From the NCBI GenBank assembly GCA_963822895.1, contig CAWGJI010000003.1, positions 128,379 to 192,378 on the forward strand: 64,000 bases of DNA, given 5' to 3'. Under the pieces are notes generated by a model that saw nothing but the letters and a program-made list of their open reading frames with translations, was not told where the DNA came from and did no database searches. This document shows positions 10,467 to 20,026 of this stretch, one piece after another (the first letter of the stretch is position 1; the number at the start of each line of letters is the position of its first letter). The translations under genes and the position numbers were made by a program. The DNA is from an uncultured Acidobacteriota bacterium. GTDB taxonomy: Bacteria; Actinomycetota; Acidimicrobiia; Spongiisociales; ZC4RG35.

Positions 10467-11711
10467 TCAGACCCGGGTGGGGTTGAGGACCCCTCTGGTT
10501 TCGAGAAGACGTCTCAGCGAAGCCACCACCACAGGGTCGTATTCGTAAGCCGCTCCGGCATGGAGGTTCTCCAGGGCCTGTAGCGGCGACAACCCATCCT
10601 GATGTACCTGCCAGTCGTACGACGCGGCCACTTTGATGATTCGGGAGACCATGGAGATCTCGGGATCGGTCTGTTCGCCGGGTTTGCGATGTGGCTCGTA
10701 TTGCTGGCGTACATGCGTCGCCACGCGATTCAGATATGGCGCTTCGGCGATGATCTCCGAGCTCCACCTGGCGATGTCCTCGTTGCTGTAGCCCATCCGA
10801 ATGATCTGAGGCTCGTTGAGACTCACCCTCCCGATGTCATGCATCAGGCCGGCGTACTCGACGTCCTCGACCTGGACCGGCCCCAGTCCTATCTCCTTGG
10901 CGATGGCGGAGGCGAGCTCGGTTGTCCGGTCGGCATGGCCGTCTATGCCGAGACCGGAGACCTCGGGGATACGGGCCAGGGCCCGTATCGTCTGCTTGTA
11001 GGTGGCCTTGGTCTCCTGGAACCGGCGGAAAGCGCTGTGGGCGAAGGAGTACGGCAGCATTGCGATCGGGACCGCCCACCAGCCGAGCTCGGGCCATAGC
11101 TCGCCAAACAGGGCACCGGTCATGGCCAGCCCGAGAAAGACATTCAGGTCGTGGATCAGGGCCCGGGCCAGATAGGTACGCGAGAGCTCGCGGGTGCCCA
11201 TCACCAGCATCGCCCTGAGGAACACCTCCACCATGATCCAGGCGAGGAGTGCCACGCCAAACGGAAGGAGATCACCCCATTCACCGGACAGTCGGGCAAA
11301 GCCCCCGACGCGCATCGCGGTGTACACGGTGGCGTATGTGACGTACCCGCAGAACCGTCGGACCGTGGTCGGCAGCAGCTCGATGTGACTCTCACCACGT
11401 GAATAGCGGAGCACCCAGACGACGGCCAGCCCGATGCCATAGGTCGAGATCGTGCCGGCGAGGTCGACGGCGGTCCCATCACCGAGGACGAAGGGAAGCG
11501 CCGCCGCCACGGCCAGGCCCGTGGTGAATCGGTTGCCCGAGTTCGACGTGGCGACGCCGAACAAGGAGCCGATCACCAGAGCGGTCGAGGCGACGGCCAG
11601 CTTGAAGGGGTCCGAAGCGGCATGATTACCGGCATAGATGCCGACGGCGACCATGGCGACGCCGGTCACCCAGGAGGCGATGGCGAGAGTCCGGGGATGC
11701 CATCTAGCCAC
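10467..11711 (-). CDS. membrane-anchored HD-domain phosphohydrolase (7TM-HD / HD-GYP-like)
   Basis: N-terminal multi-TM region; GHADRT...AGLMHDIGRV HD motif; overlaps next HD-GYP gene by 8 bp. Confidence 0.65.
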   Translation of the reverse strand: MARWHPRTLAIASWVTGVAMVAVGIYAGNHAASDPFKLAVASTALVIGSLFGVATSNSGNRFTTGLAVAAALPFVLGDGTAVDLAGTISTYGIGLAVVWVLRYSRGESHIELLPTTVRRFCGYVTYATVYTAMRVGGFARLSGEWGDLLPFGVALLAWIMVEVFLRAMLVMGTRELSRTYLARALIHDLNVFLGLAMTGALFGELWPELGWWAVPIAMLPYSFAHSAFRRFQETKATYKQTIRALARIPEVSGLGIDGHADRTTELASAIAKEIGLGPVQVEDVEYAGLMHDIGRVSLNEPQIIRMGYSNEDIARWSSEIIAEAPYLNRVATHVRQQYEPHRKPGEQTDPEISMVSRIIKVAASYDWQVHQDGLSPLQALENLHAGAAYEYDPVVVASLRRLLETRGVLNPTRV

Positions 11712-13098
11712 GGAGGGTCAACTCCGGCTCTTCGGCGAGTCTCCTCGCCATCTCCTCGTCATTCACGTGGGGAGCACCCCATCTCCGTCCGGTCTTGGCG
11801 AGGGCCTGCTCGAACGCATCGACCACCTCGGGATGGAACTGTCCGCCGGAATGGCGGCGTAGCTCGCCGATTGCGTATTGCTGTGACAACGCCATGCGAT
11901 AGGAACGGGCGGAGGTCATGGCGTCGAATGCGTCGGCGACCGCGACTATGCACGCCTCCAGGCTGGGCGGCGATCCCTCGGTGTGCCCACGGCCCCCATA
12001 CCCGCTGCCGTCGTAGTTGCTGTGATGACCCGAGGCGATCTCGACCATCGGTTGCAGGAAGTCGACCTCGGCGAGGATCTCCTCGACGAGATGAGCGTGC
12101 TTCTTCATCTCGGCATATTCCTCATCGTCGAGACGTCCCCTCTTGCGGATCAGCTCGGTGGGGACGGCGAGCTTGCCGAGGTCGTGGATCAGGGCCGCCC
12201 ACCGGACGGTCTCGAGCTGTGTGCCATTGAATCCGAGCTCCTCACCGATCATCTGGCTGAAGACCGCAACCCGCTCGGTGTGGCCACGGGTGTACATGTC
12301 CTTCGCCTCCAGTGTCTTGACGAACCCGCGTATCGATCCGATATGGGACTCCCGCAACTGGGAGAAGGCGTACAGCGACATGTGGCCAAGGGCATAGACA
12401 CCGATGATGAAGACGAGGATGGCGTCGCGGCCGGCAATGAGATAGGCCGCTCCGATGAGACCCCCGAGCAGACCCATCGCCACCTGGCCGGTGAACAGGA
12501 TCGGCATCTGCGACCACGGCTCGAGGTTGTCCCTGCCGAAGACCGTCTTCACCGCCCGTCGGATCAGGATCGCCTGCACCGTCGCATAGGCCAAAGCGGC
12601 CAACGCCGACGAGATCAAGACCCGGGGAAGGACTTCGGTGGTGGGCTTTTCGATGCCGCCGAGGGCGAGATCCAGGATGAGACCGGCGGCCGCTCCCGCG
12701 AGTACGAACTGTCCGAAGTTGGCTATCGGCTGGAACCAGCGTCTCTCCTTGAAATCGAGAGGTGTGAACAGGGCAAAGCCACACATCAGGGCCATCCCGA
12801 ACATGGCGTCCGAGCCCGCTCTCATCGCAAAGATGACACCAGCGGTCATCGCCACCATCACCGACGAGGATTGAAGAAGCCGATCGTTGACCTCGACCGC
12901 AAAGAACTCGAGGAGGACGAAGAGTGCCGTGAATGCAAACCAGGTGGGCCACTCGGGGTTGTCGGAGATCGTTGCGGACAACACGATGGCCCCGAGACCC
13001 GCCACGGAATAGGGCACAGCGATCTTGAGACGCTGCTGCACCGTGGGGCGGAGACGGCCGAACCATCCCCGCAACGGTCTTTTCCTACCTCTTTTCAT
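11704..13098 (-). CDS. membrane-anchored HD-GYP domain protein (putative c-di-GMP phosphodiesterase)
   Basis: N-terminal multi-TM region; HTERVAVF...ALIHDLGKLAVP and GHHSNYDGSGYGG (HD-GYP-like) motifs. Confidence 0.7.
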   Translation of the reverse strand: MKRGRKRPLRGWFGRLRPTVQQRLKIAVPYSVAGLGAIVLSATISDNPEWPTWFAFTALFVLLEFFAVEVNDRLLQSSSVMVAMTAGVIFAMRAGSDAMFGMALMCGFALFTPLDFKERRWFQPIANFGQFVLAGAAAGLILDLALGGIEKPTTEVLPRVLISSALAALAYATVQAILIRRAVKTVFGRDNLEPWSQMPILFTGQVAMGLLGGLIGAAYLIAGRDAILVFIIGVYALGHMSLYAFSQLRESHIGSIRGFVKTLEAKDMYTRGHTERVAVFSQMIGEELGFNGTQLETVRWAALIHDLGKLAVPTELIRKRGRLDDEEYAEMKKHAHLVEEILAEVDFLQPMVEIASGHHSNYDGSGYGGRGHTEGSPPSLEACIVAVADAFDAMTSARSYRMALSQQYAIGELRRHSGGQFHPEVVDAFEQALAKTGRRWGAPHVNDEEMARRLAEEPELTLRG

Positions 13099-13566
13099 GA
13101 GACCCCGTGTGACATGATGCCCGATTTGCGAGGTGAGCCGACGTCATTACATCAGCCGATACGCGAGCTACCGGACAAGTGCTCCAGGCTCGCGGTAGTA
13201 GGGGATACTGGTCGTAGTTACCTGCATCTCAGGACGCTCACCTGTGCCGTCTTTATTCCGTCGGCATTGTGTGCCGGCGGTGACGATCCGCTCCGCTGGG
13301 TTGTGGGCGTGCGATTACAAGGCCGACTAACGACGCCGGTCTCACCTTCCCCCGGCAAATAAATGACGGGGAACCTTTACATGTCAAAGGCCCCTGACTT
13401 CGCCCGCCACGGGCCGAGGCAGGCAGGTCAACGACCTCGGCTGCCCCACGGTTTCCCATGAATAGCTCCAGCACCACGCAATCTAGGGGTTCGCGGGATT
13501 GGGGACAAGAGGAAATGCCGCCGGATCCGCTTAATCACACCCCGGGACGGGTACTGTGGCCACGCG

Positions 13567-14187
13567 ATGGACGTTGTGGCACTCCAGGAGAAAATCCGCC
13601 GGATCGAGGGTGTCGAAGCGGCCCGGATCGTGGCCGGGAACGGGCACATCGAAGAGATACACGTGCTCGCCCGTCGCACCAAGGCGCCAAAACAGCTGGT
13701 CAGAGACGTCCAATCTCTGAGTCAGGCCCTATTTGGCGAAGAGATCGACCGGAGGGTCGTCTCCATCGTCCAACTCGCCGACTCCGATCTCGGGAGTGAG
13801 TTTCGCCCCGCACTCATCGATGTCGCCGAGACTCTCGACGGCTCCAGAGCCGAGGTGACCGTGACCCTGAGATGGAACGATGCCATCCTCTCCGGCAGCG
13901 CGCGCGGTGCTGCCGCCACTTCGACCCGAGCCCGACAGATAGCCGAGGCCACCATCGAAGCCGTCCGCCAGGGCATCAACCCCGGTGCCGCCCTGGGCAT
14001 CAACTCCATGGACGTCCCCCTCCTCGGGAACCGACGGGTGGCGATCGCACAGGTCGTCGTCGTGACCGAGGCGACCGAGCGCAACCTGATCGGCTGCGCA
14101 TACGTCGAAGACGAGGAGTCCCGGGCCGTGGTGCGTGCCGTGCTCGATGCACTCAACCGCTTCCTACCTGACCTGAAGACGTCCTGA
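13567..14187 (+). CDS. hypothetical protein
   Basis: 206-aa ORF downstream of a 468-bp lower-GC divergent intergenic region; no family recognised. Confidence 0.4.
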   Translation: MDVVALQEKIRRIEGVEAARIVAGNGHIEEIHVLARRTKAPKQLVRDVQSLSQALFGEEIDRRVVSIVQLADSDLGSEFRPALIDVAETLDGSRAEVTVTLRWNDAILSGSARGAAATSTRARQIAEATIEAVRQGINPGAALGINSMDVPLLGNRRVAIAQVVVVTEATERNLIGCAYVEDEESRAVVRAVLDALNRFLPDLKTS

Positions 14188-14240
14188 CCAGAGCTGTCGC
14201 CACTCCGCACCGTCTCTCCACCGATGCCGCGATCGCCGTC

Positions 14241-15747
14241 ATGTCGGCAGGGGGGAATGCGGTGGACGCCGCCATCGCCGCCATCGCCACCCAAGGTGTG
14301 GTCGCCCCGGAAACGTGTGGGATCGGAGGAGACCTGTTCGCTTTGGTTCACTACCCGGGTTGGAGCGAGCCAAAGGCCCTCAACTCATCGGGTCGGGCCG
14401 GGTCCCACGCCGATCCGGGCCAACTGCGGGCCATGGGCCACCAGACGATCCCTCGAGACCACCCCATGTCGGTCACGGTGCCGGGGTGTGTGGCGGGTAT
14501 GGAGGCCCTGAACCGGGCTCTGGGATCGATGTCACTCGCCGATTGCCTCGCCCCGGCGATCGAACATGCGACCGTCGGATTCGAGGTATCGGCGGAGCAG
14601 GCTCGCGCCTTCAGCGCCACGGCCGAGTCTGTATCGGCACGACCCGGCCGTCGCCGGGTTCTACCCGGACGGTGAGCCGGTTGCCCAAGGGATGCAAGTG
14701 CAGCGGCCCGAGTTGGCGCGCACCCTGTCGTCCATCGCTTCGGACGGCAGCAGTTCCTTCTACACGGGCACGCCGGCACGGGACATCGTCGAGTCGTTGG
14801 GTGGAGTCATCACCCTGGACGACCTCGCCGCACCGATCGCGGAGTGGGTGGAGCCGATCGGGGCAGAGGTCGCAGGGCTCACCGCCTGGACCATCCCCCC
14901 CAACTCTCAGGGCTATCTAGGCCCAGCCACGTTGGCGGTGTTCGAGATGACCGATCCGCCGGACCACCCGGAGAGCCCCGATTGGTGGCACCTGCTGATC
15001 GAGGCCTACAGATGTGTGGCGTGGGAGCGGGACGACCTGGTCGCAGACCCGGACCATGCCCCACTCCCGCCGACGAAACTGCTCGAGCACGAGCGTCTCC
15101 AGCGGGCGGCGGCAACGATCGATCGCGAGCGTGCCGGTGTCTGGCCCCATCAGGAGGTTGGACCGGACAGCACCGCCTATCTGTGTGCCGTCGACGACTC
15201 AGGCTTGTCGGTCTCCGTCATCCAATCGAACTACAACGGGACCGGCTCGGCCTTCGGCGCCGCACACAGCGGTTTCCTCCTCCAGGATCGGGCCCGGGGC
15301 TTCACCCTCACCCCGGGTCACCCCAATGAGATGCGCCCGGGCAAGCGCCCGTTGCACACCCTGTCACCAACCATCTGGACCGCGGGCAAGGAGACCCGAT
15401 GGGTCCTCGGAACGCGAGGCGGCGGTGTGCAACCCCAGCTCATCGCTCAGATGGCCGCCCGGGTGATGATGGCCGGGCAGCCACTGGATAGTGCACAGGA
15501 GGCGCCCCGGTGGACGGTCCAGGAATTCGGGCCGTTCGCCCACCCAAATCTGTCTACGGAGCCCGGTGTTCCCGAGCCGATCGTGTCAGCCCTGAGGAAG
15601 AAGGGGCATGAGGTGAAAGTCCTCGCCAACCGTCAACCAGGGTGGGGCCCCATCTCGATCATCGGTGTGGATGGGGACGATCGTCAGACCGCCCGTGACC
15701 CCCGCGTCGACACAACCAAAGCTGCCCTGATTGCCGGCCGACTTTGA
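14241..15747 (+). pseudogene. ggt: gamma-glutamyltransferase family protein, apparent +1/-1 frameshift near 14625
   Basis: GGT motifs split across frames: GGNAVDAAIA... (ORF 14241..14675) and HDPAVAGFYPDGEP...GTPARD...TGSAFGAAHSGFLLQDR...TLSPT (ORF 14566..15747). Start may lie upstream of 14241 at a non-ATG codon. Confidence 0.65.
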
Positions 15748-16210
15748 CCGAGACCACCATCACCCCTGAACAGGTTTTACCTTGCCGCGGCCTCACAGTC
15801 TCGGCCAAACAGACGCCGGTCGGCCGGGGCTGCCGCCGCGTGGCCAGATGCTGACGTCGATCAAACAGACGCCGGTCCGCAGCTCTGATTGCCGGCCGAC
15901 TTTGATCGTCTTGGCTCCCGGAAGAAGCCTTGGTCTCGAGCCGGGGACTTCCCTCACCCCCGAAACGCCAGGTCCTGACCTCGATCAAACAGACGCCGGT
16001 CGCCGGGGCTGCCGCCGCGTGGCCAGATGGCGCGTCGATCAAACAGACGCCGGTCGGCGGCTGATTGCCGGCCGACTTTGGACGCCTGGCTCCACTCATC
16101 CGACCGCCCCGCGAGTGCGGGGACCACATCAAGACTTCGCCGAACAAAGGACTGATGCAACGCCCAAACAGACGCCGGTCGGCCGGGGCTGCCGCCGCGT
16201 GATCAGGCCT
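15730..16210. repeat. compound tandem direct repeat (~178-bp unit, ~2.5 copies) built from two alternating core motifs
   Basis: caaacagacgccggtc occurs at 15807, 15862, 15986, 16040, 16165. Extended motif A ...ggccggggctgccgccgcgtggccagatg follows copies 1, 3 and 5 (copy 5 ends in gtgatcagg instead of gtggccagatg). Motif B ctgattgccggccgactttg is at 15734, 15886 and 16060; its first copy is the last codons of the GGT gene. Confidence 0.75.
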
Positions 16211-16229
16211 GGGCTTGCTCCTTCTAGTC

Positions 16230-17246
16230 TCAGCCCCGTAGTTGGCCGATCACTGTTTGCAGGGCGTCGTCGTCCAGACCCATGACCGAGCCGATGGTGT
16301 AGAGGCCGACACGCTGGACGCGATCCCCATAGCGGTCCTTGATCGCCTCGCCCAGACGGGCGATCGGCGCTACCACGGCCACACTCGTGACCGCTTCGTC
16401 GGGCACCACTCCCGGCATCCGGTCCCATTGGCCCCGCTTCGACATCGCACTCAACTCGGCGCCGAAGTCCCAGTCGTTCGCCTCGAGGACGGGGCGATAC
16501 GAAGGCGTGGAGGCATAGAAGGAGATCTGCTGGCGCACCGGCTCCATTGCCTGTTCGATCTCGGCGTCGGTTTCGCCCGTGACTATGAACACCGTGGTGA
16601 CTCTCTCCACATCCGTCATCTCCCTCCCCTGGGACCCGGCTCCCGCCTCGATGGCGGGGAGCACGACCTCATCCAGGTAGCGAATGGTGTGGAAGGGGTG
16701 GACGTGAAACCCCTGGCACTCCTCCCCGGCCAGGCGACTGAGATAGGGGCCGACACCGGCGATGTATACCGGGATCTCCGGAAACTTGATCGGGCCGGGA
16801 TCGAAGAACGGTGTCATCAAAGAGAACTTGTAGAAGTCCCCGGCGAAGTCGAGAGCCTTGGAGTTCTGCCAGCAGTCCCATATCGCCCTCATCGACAAGA
16901 TGTACTCGCGCAGCCTCGGGCCCGGGCTGTCCCACACCGTCGAGAAGCGGCGCACGATGTGCCCCCTCACTTGTGTCCCCAGACCGAGCATGAACTTCCC
17001 GGCCGACATCTGTGCCAGGTCCCACGCCATCATCGCTGTGACCATCGGCGACCGGGGAAAGGCGACAGCGATGGCCGTCCCCAATTCGAGGTCCGGCTCA
17101 GCGTTACCGGCCAGCGCCAGGGGAAGGAACGGATCGTGCTGGGTCTCGGCCGTGAAGAAGCCGTCGTAGCCGAGACGCCGAGCCGTATGAGCTGCTTCGG
17201 GCACCACGGCGAGCTGGCCCGATGGGTAGTAGTAGTCGACCTTCAT
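16230..17246 (-). CDS. LLM-class F420-dependent (luciferase-like) oxidoreductase
   Basis: MKVDYYYPSG...GYDGFFTAETQHDPF...LGTAIAVAFPRSP...GKFMLGLGTQVRGH typical of F420-dependent LLM oxidoreductases. Start at internal ATG 17246; the upstream part of the 674-aa ORF is read-through. Confidence 0.7.
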   Translation of the reverse strand: MKVDYYYPSGQLAVVPEAAHTARRLGYDGFFTAETQHDPFLPLALAGNAEPDLELGTAIAVAFPRSPMVTAMMAWDLAQMSAGKFMLGLGTQVRGHIVRRFSTVWDSPGPRLREYILSMRAIWDCWQNSKALDFAGDFYKFSLMTPFFDPGPIKFPEIPVYIAGVGPYLSRLAGEECQGFHVHPFHTIRYLDEVVLPAIEAGAGSQGREMTDVERVTTVFIVTGETDAEIEQAMEPVRQQISFYASTPSYRPVLEANDWDFGAELSAMSKRGQWDRMPGVVPDEAVTSVAVVAPIARLGEAIKDRYGDRVQRVGLYTIGSVMGLDDDALQTVIGQLRG

Positions 17247-17288
17247 GCGGGCATCGTAGAGCCGGGGCCGATTGGGTACCCTTGCCAC

Positions 17289-17609
17289 ATGAAGAGATTG
17301 GCCAAGGTGATCGGCTTCATCGGCGGCGTCGTCGCCCTGGCGTGGGCGATGCGCGACAGATTCATCTCCGTCGCCGTATCGCGCGAGCCCCAGCCGCCGG
17401 CCTTTCGCAGCCAGGCGGCCGTCCACCATGGCGCCCCGCTCGACGCCATCGAGGGAATCGGGCCGGTATTCGCCGGACGCCTGAAGGCGGCAGGCATCTC
17501 CGATGCCGGCCTGCTGGCTCAGGCTTCGCCGGACAGGGTCGCCGAGAGCGCTTCGGTGAGTGCCGCCAGGGCCAAGACCTGGATCGAGCGGGCCAAATCC
17601 CTCGGCTGA
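17289..17609 (+). CDS. small membrane-anchored helix-hairpin-helix protein (DUF4332-like)
   Basis: N-terminal TM helix then DAIEGIGPVFAGRLKAAGI HhH motif; ends 4 bp before rlmN. Confidence 0.45.
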   Translation: MKRLAKVIGFIGGVVALAWAMRDRFISVAVSREPQPPAFRSQAAVHHGAPLDAIEGIGPVFAGRLKAAGISDAGLLAQASPDRVAESASVSAARAKTWIERAKSLG

Positions 17610-17612
17610 CCG

Positions 17613-18650
17613 TTGCCCTATCTGTGCGCACCTGAGGATCTGACCGAGCTCACCACCGGCGAGCCGGACTTTCGCGCAGATCAGTTGAGGCAATGGCTCT
17701 ATGAGCACCCGGTCCTGGAAGCCGACGACATGACCAACCTCCCGGCGTCCCTCCGCGCCCGTTTGGGCCTGTTGTGGCCGTTCACCGTCGAGCTCGAGCA
17801 AACCGCCGATCGGGGCACAACGCGGAAATGGCTGTTTCGGGCACCCGACGGAGCAGCGATCGAGACTGTCCTGATGGGGTACCCGCGTCGCGCCACGATC
17901 TGCATATCCAGTCAGGCCGGATGCGCCCTGGGCTGCACCTTCTGCGCCACCGGTCAGTTCGGGTTCGAGAGACACCTGGAGCCGGGTGAGATAGTGGCCC
18001 AGGTCGCCTATGCCCAGGCGTTTCTGCGGCAAATCGGGATGCCGGGTGTCCCCGACCACCTCACCAACATCGTCTTCATGGGAATGGGCGAGCCGCTGGC
18101 AAACTACGAACGGGTCAGGGAGGCGCTTCGCAGAATCATCGAGGTGATGGGGGTTTCCGCCCGCTCGGTGACGGTTTCGACGGTTGGGATGGTGCCAGGG
18201 ATACGAAGGCTGGCTGAGGAGCCATGGCCCGTCTATCTGGCCATAAGCCTCCACGCCGCGGATGACGAGTTGCGGAGCAGTCTGGTGCCGATCAATCGCA
18301 GGTATCCCCTAGATGACTTGGAGCGCGCCGCAGCCGCTTATTACCAGGCCAAGCGTCGAAGATTGTCGATCGAGTGGACGATGATGGACGGGGTCAACGA
18401 CACGGACGAACAGGCCGAGAAGCTCTCCGTCATCGCCAAACGCCTGAAGGCCCATGTCAATCTGATCGCCCTCAACCCGACGCCTTTGACCGAGGCGAGG
18501 GCTTCCCAGGAACCGAGAATCCACCAGTTCGCCCGACTGCTCGAACGACGCGGCGTGAACGTCACGGTGCGTGACACTCGCGGGCGCGACATCGACGCGG
18601 CATGTGGCCAACTGCGGGCCGCGGTGGGGCGGCCCGGTCTCAAGCCCTGA
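17613..18650 (+). CDS. rlmN: 23S rRNA (adenine2503-C2)-methyltransferase RlmN (radical SAM)
   Basis: CISSQAGCALGCTFCATG radical-SAM CxxxCxxC motif, conserved N-terminal ADQLRQWLY; length typical. Confidence 0.9.
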   Translation: MPYLCAPEDLTELTTGEPDFRADQLRQWLYEHPVLEADDMTNLPASLRARLGLLWPFTVELEQTADRGTTRKWLFRAPDGAAIETVLMGYPRRATICISSQAGCALGCTFCATGQFGFERHLEPGEIVAQVAYAQAFLRQIGMPGVPDHLTNIVFMGMGEPLANYERVREALRRIIEVMGVSARSVTVSTVGMVPGIRRLAEEPWPVYLAISLHAADDELRSSLVPINRRYPLDDLERAAAAYYQAKRRRLSIEWTMMDGVNDTDEQAEKLSVIAKRLKAHVNLIALNPTPLTEARASQEPRIHQFARLLERRGVNVTVRDTRGRDIDAACGQLRAAVGRPGLKP

Positions 18651-18771
18651 GTGACGGTCTGGTTGGGTCGGGAGCAGCCGTCAGCGATTGCGGCCGAACA
18701 CTGGAAATATGCACAGACCGGGTTAGGCTCGGGGGGCGGAGCGAGTCAGGGGCTGAAGGAGTTGTGCCTTC

Positions 18772-20019
18772 ATGCCTAAACATCGTCGTGCCCGCGCCCG
18801 CTTCAGTGCCCGCGCCGAGGCTCGCCCCGAAGGCCAAGACAAATCTCGCAGCGTGGGCCGCACGAAGGCAATCGCCGTCGGCACGGTCCTTGCCCTGACC
18901 GTGACGTTGTTCTCCGTGGAGTACACGGTCGAGCGCGGTGACACCCTTGGGCGAATCGCCAAGGACAACGGGGTCTCCCTCGCCGACCTCGTCACCCTCA
19001 ACAAGATCGACGATCCGAATCTCATCTATCCGGGCCAGGTCCTGGTCATCCCGGGCGAAGAGGGCGAGCCCGACACGATTCACGTCGTTGCGCGTGGTGA
19101 GACACTGGCACGGATCGCCGGGTCATATGGCGCCAGTGCTCTGGCCCTGGCGCGGGCAAATGGGCTGACCAACCCGAATCTGATCTATCCGGGCCAAAAG
19201 CTCCTGATACCAACCGATGTCTCATCGAACGGGTCCGTCGGGTCCTCCGCTCCCACCAGCGACGGGGAGAGCGAAGGGTCGACCAACAAGACCCCGTCCA
19301 GCTCTCGCTCCGGGAAGTATCACGTGGTCAAGTCCGGCGAGACCCTCGAGTCGATTGCCAAGCAATACTCGGGGGTGTCCGCCAATGATCTCGCCAAGGC
19401 CAATGGCGTGACCAACGGGAAGATCTTCACCGGAACCAGGCTCTTCCTGGACGGTCCTTCCTACACCGCCGGTGGGACCTCGGGCAGTGGGACATACGTG
19501 GTGAAGAGCGGTGACCGCCTGGGCGACATCGCAGCCCGGAACGGGACGACCATCTCGGCCCTCGCCAAGCTCAACAACCTCAGCAACGTGAACCTGATCA
19601 GGACCGGCCAGACTCTCACCGTCCCCGGTGCCGGGAGCTCCTGGGTCTGTCCGGTGAGCTCACCGTCGTATTTCAACGACTGGGGTTTCCCACGGAGCGG
19701 CAACCGTTTTCACGAGGGGAATGACCTGTTCACCAAATACGGGTCGCCGGTCAAGGCACCCGTTTCCGGGACCGTCGAGCTCAAGACGGGCTCACTCGGA
19801 GGGCTGCAGTTCAACCTGCATGGGTCCGACGGCGTCGAATATCTCGGCAGTCACCTCTCCGCCGCCGGTAAGACCGGGAAGGTCGGCGTCGGCGACGTCA
19901 TCGGCTACGTGGGCACGTCCGGGAATGCACAGGGGACAAGCCCACACCTCCACTTCGGTATGTACATCGACGGGTTGGCCATCAACCCCTACCCCACATT
20001 GATCGCCAACAGCTGCTGA
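18772..20019 (+). CDS. secreted LysM-repeat (x4) M23 family peptidoglycan endopeptidase
   Basis: Four YxVxxGDTLxxIA...NLIYPGQxLxIP LysM repeats; C-terminal HEGNDL...HLHFGMY M23 metallopeptidase motifs. Confidence 0.85.
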   Translation: MPKHRRARARFSARAEARPEGQDKSRSVGRTKAIAVGTVLALTVTLFSVEYTVERGDTLGRIAKDNGVSLADLVTLNKIDDPNLIYPGQVLVIPGEEGEPDTIHVVARGETLARIAGSYGASALALARANGLTNPNLIYPGQKLLIPTDVSSNGSVGSSAPTSDGESEGSTNKTPSSSRSGKYHVVKSGETLESIAKQYSGVSANDLAKANGVTNGKIFTGTRLFLDGPSYTAGGTSGSGTYVVKSGDRLGDIAARNGTTISALAKLNNLSNVNLIRTGQTLTVPGAGSSWVCPVSSPSYFNDWGFPRSGNRFHEGNDLFTKYGSPVKAPVSGTVELKTGSLGGLQFNLHGSDGVEYLGSHLSAAGKTGKVGVGDVIGYVGTSGNAQGTSPHLHFGMYIDGLAINPYPTLIANSC

Positions 20020-20026
20020 TCGAACC

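Noticed and set aside
11983-13362. 459-aa plus-strand ORF and 12242..13066 minus-strand alternative-frame ORF over the HD-GYP gene
   Set aside because: The HD-GYP frame has clear catalytic motifs; the alternatives are low-complexity Arg/Pro-rich and overlap the gene almost entirely.
15730-16210. CRISPR array
   Set aside because: Two different alternating repeat motifs, unequal spacer lengths (54 vs ~124 bp), only ~5 copies, and one motif is the coding 3' end of the GGT gene; no cas genes nearby.
17247-18254. Upstream 336 codons of the 674-aa minus-strand ORF 16230..18254
   Set aside because: Homology to F420-dependent LLM oxidoreductases begins at the internal Met at 17246. The upstream portion overlaps the well-supported rlmN and DUF4332-like genes on the opposite strand and is low-complexity read-through typical of high-GC DNA.
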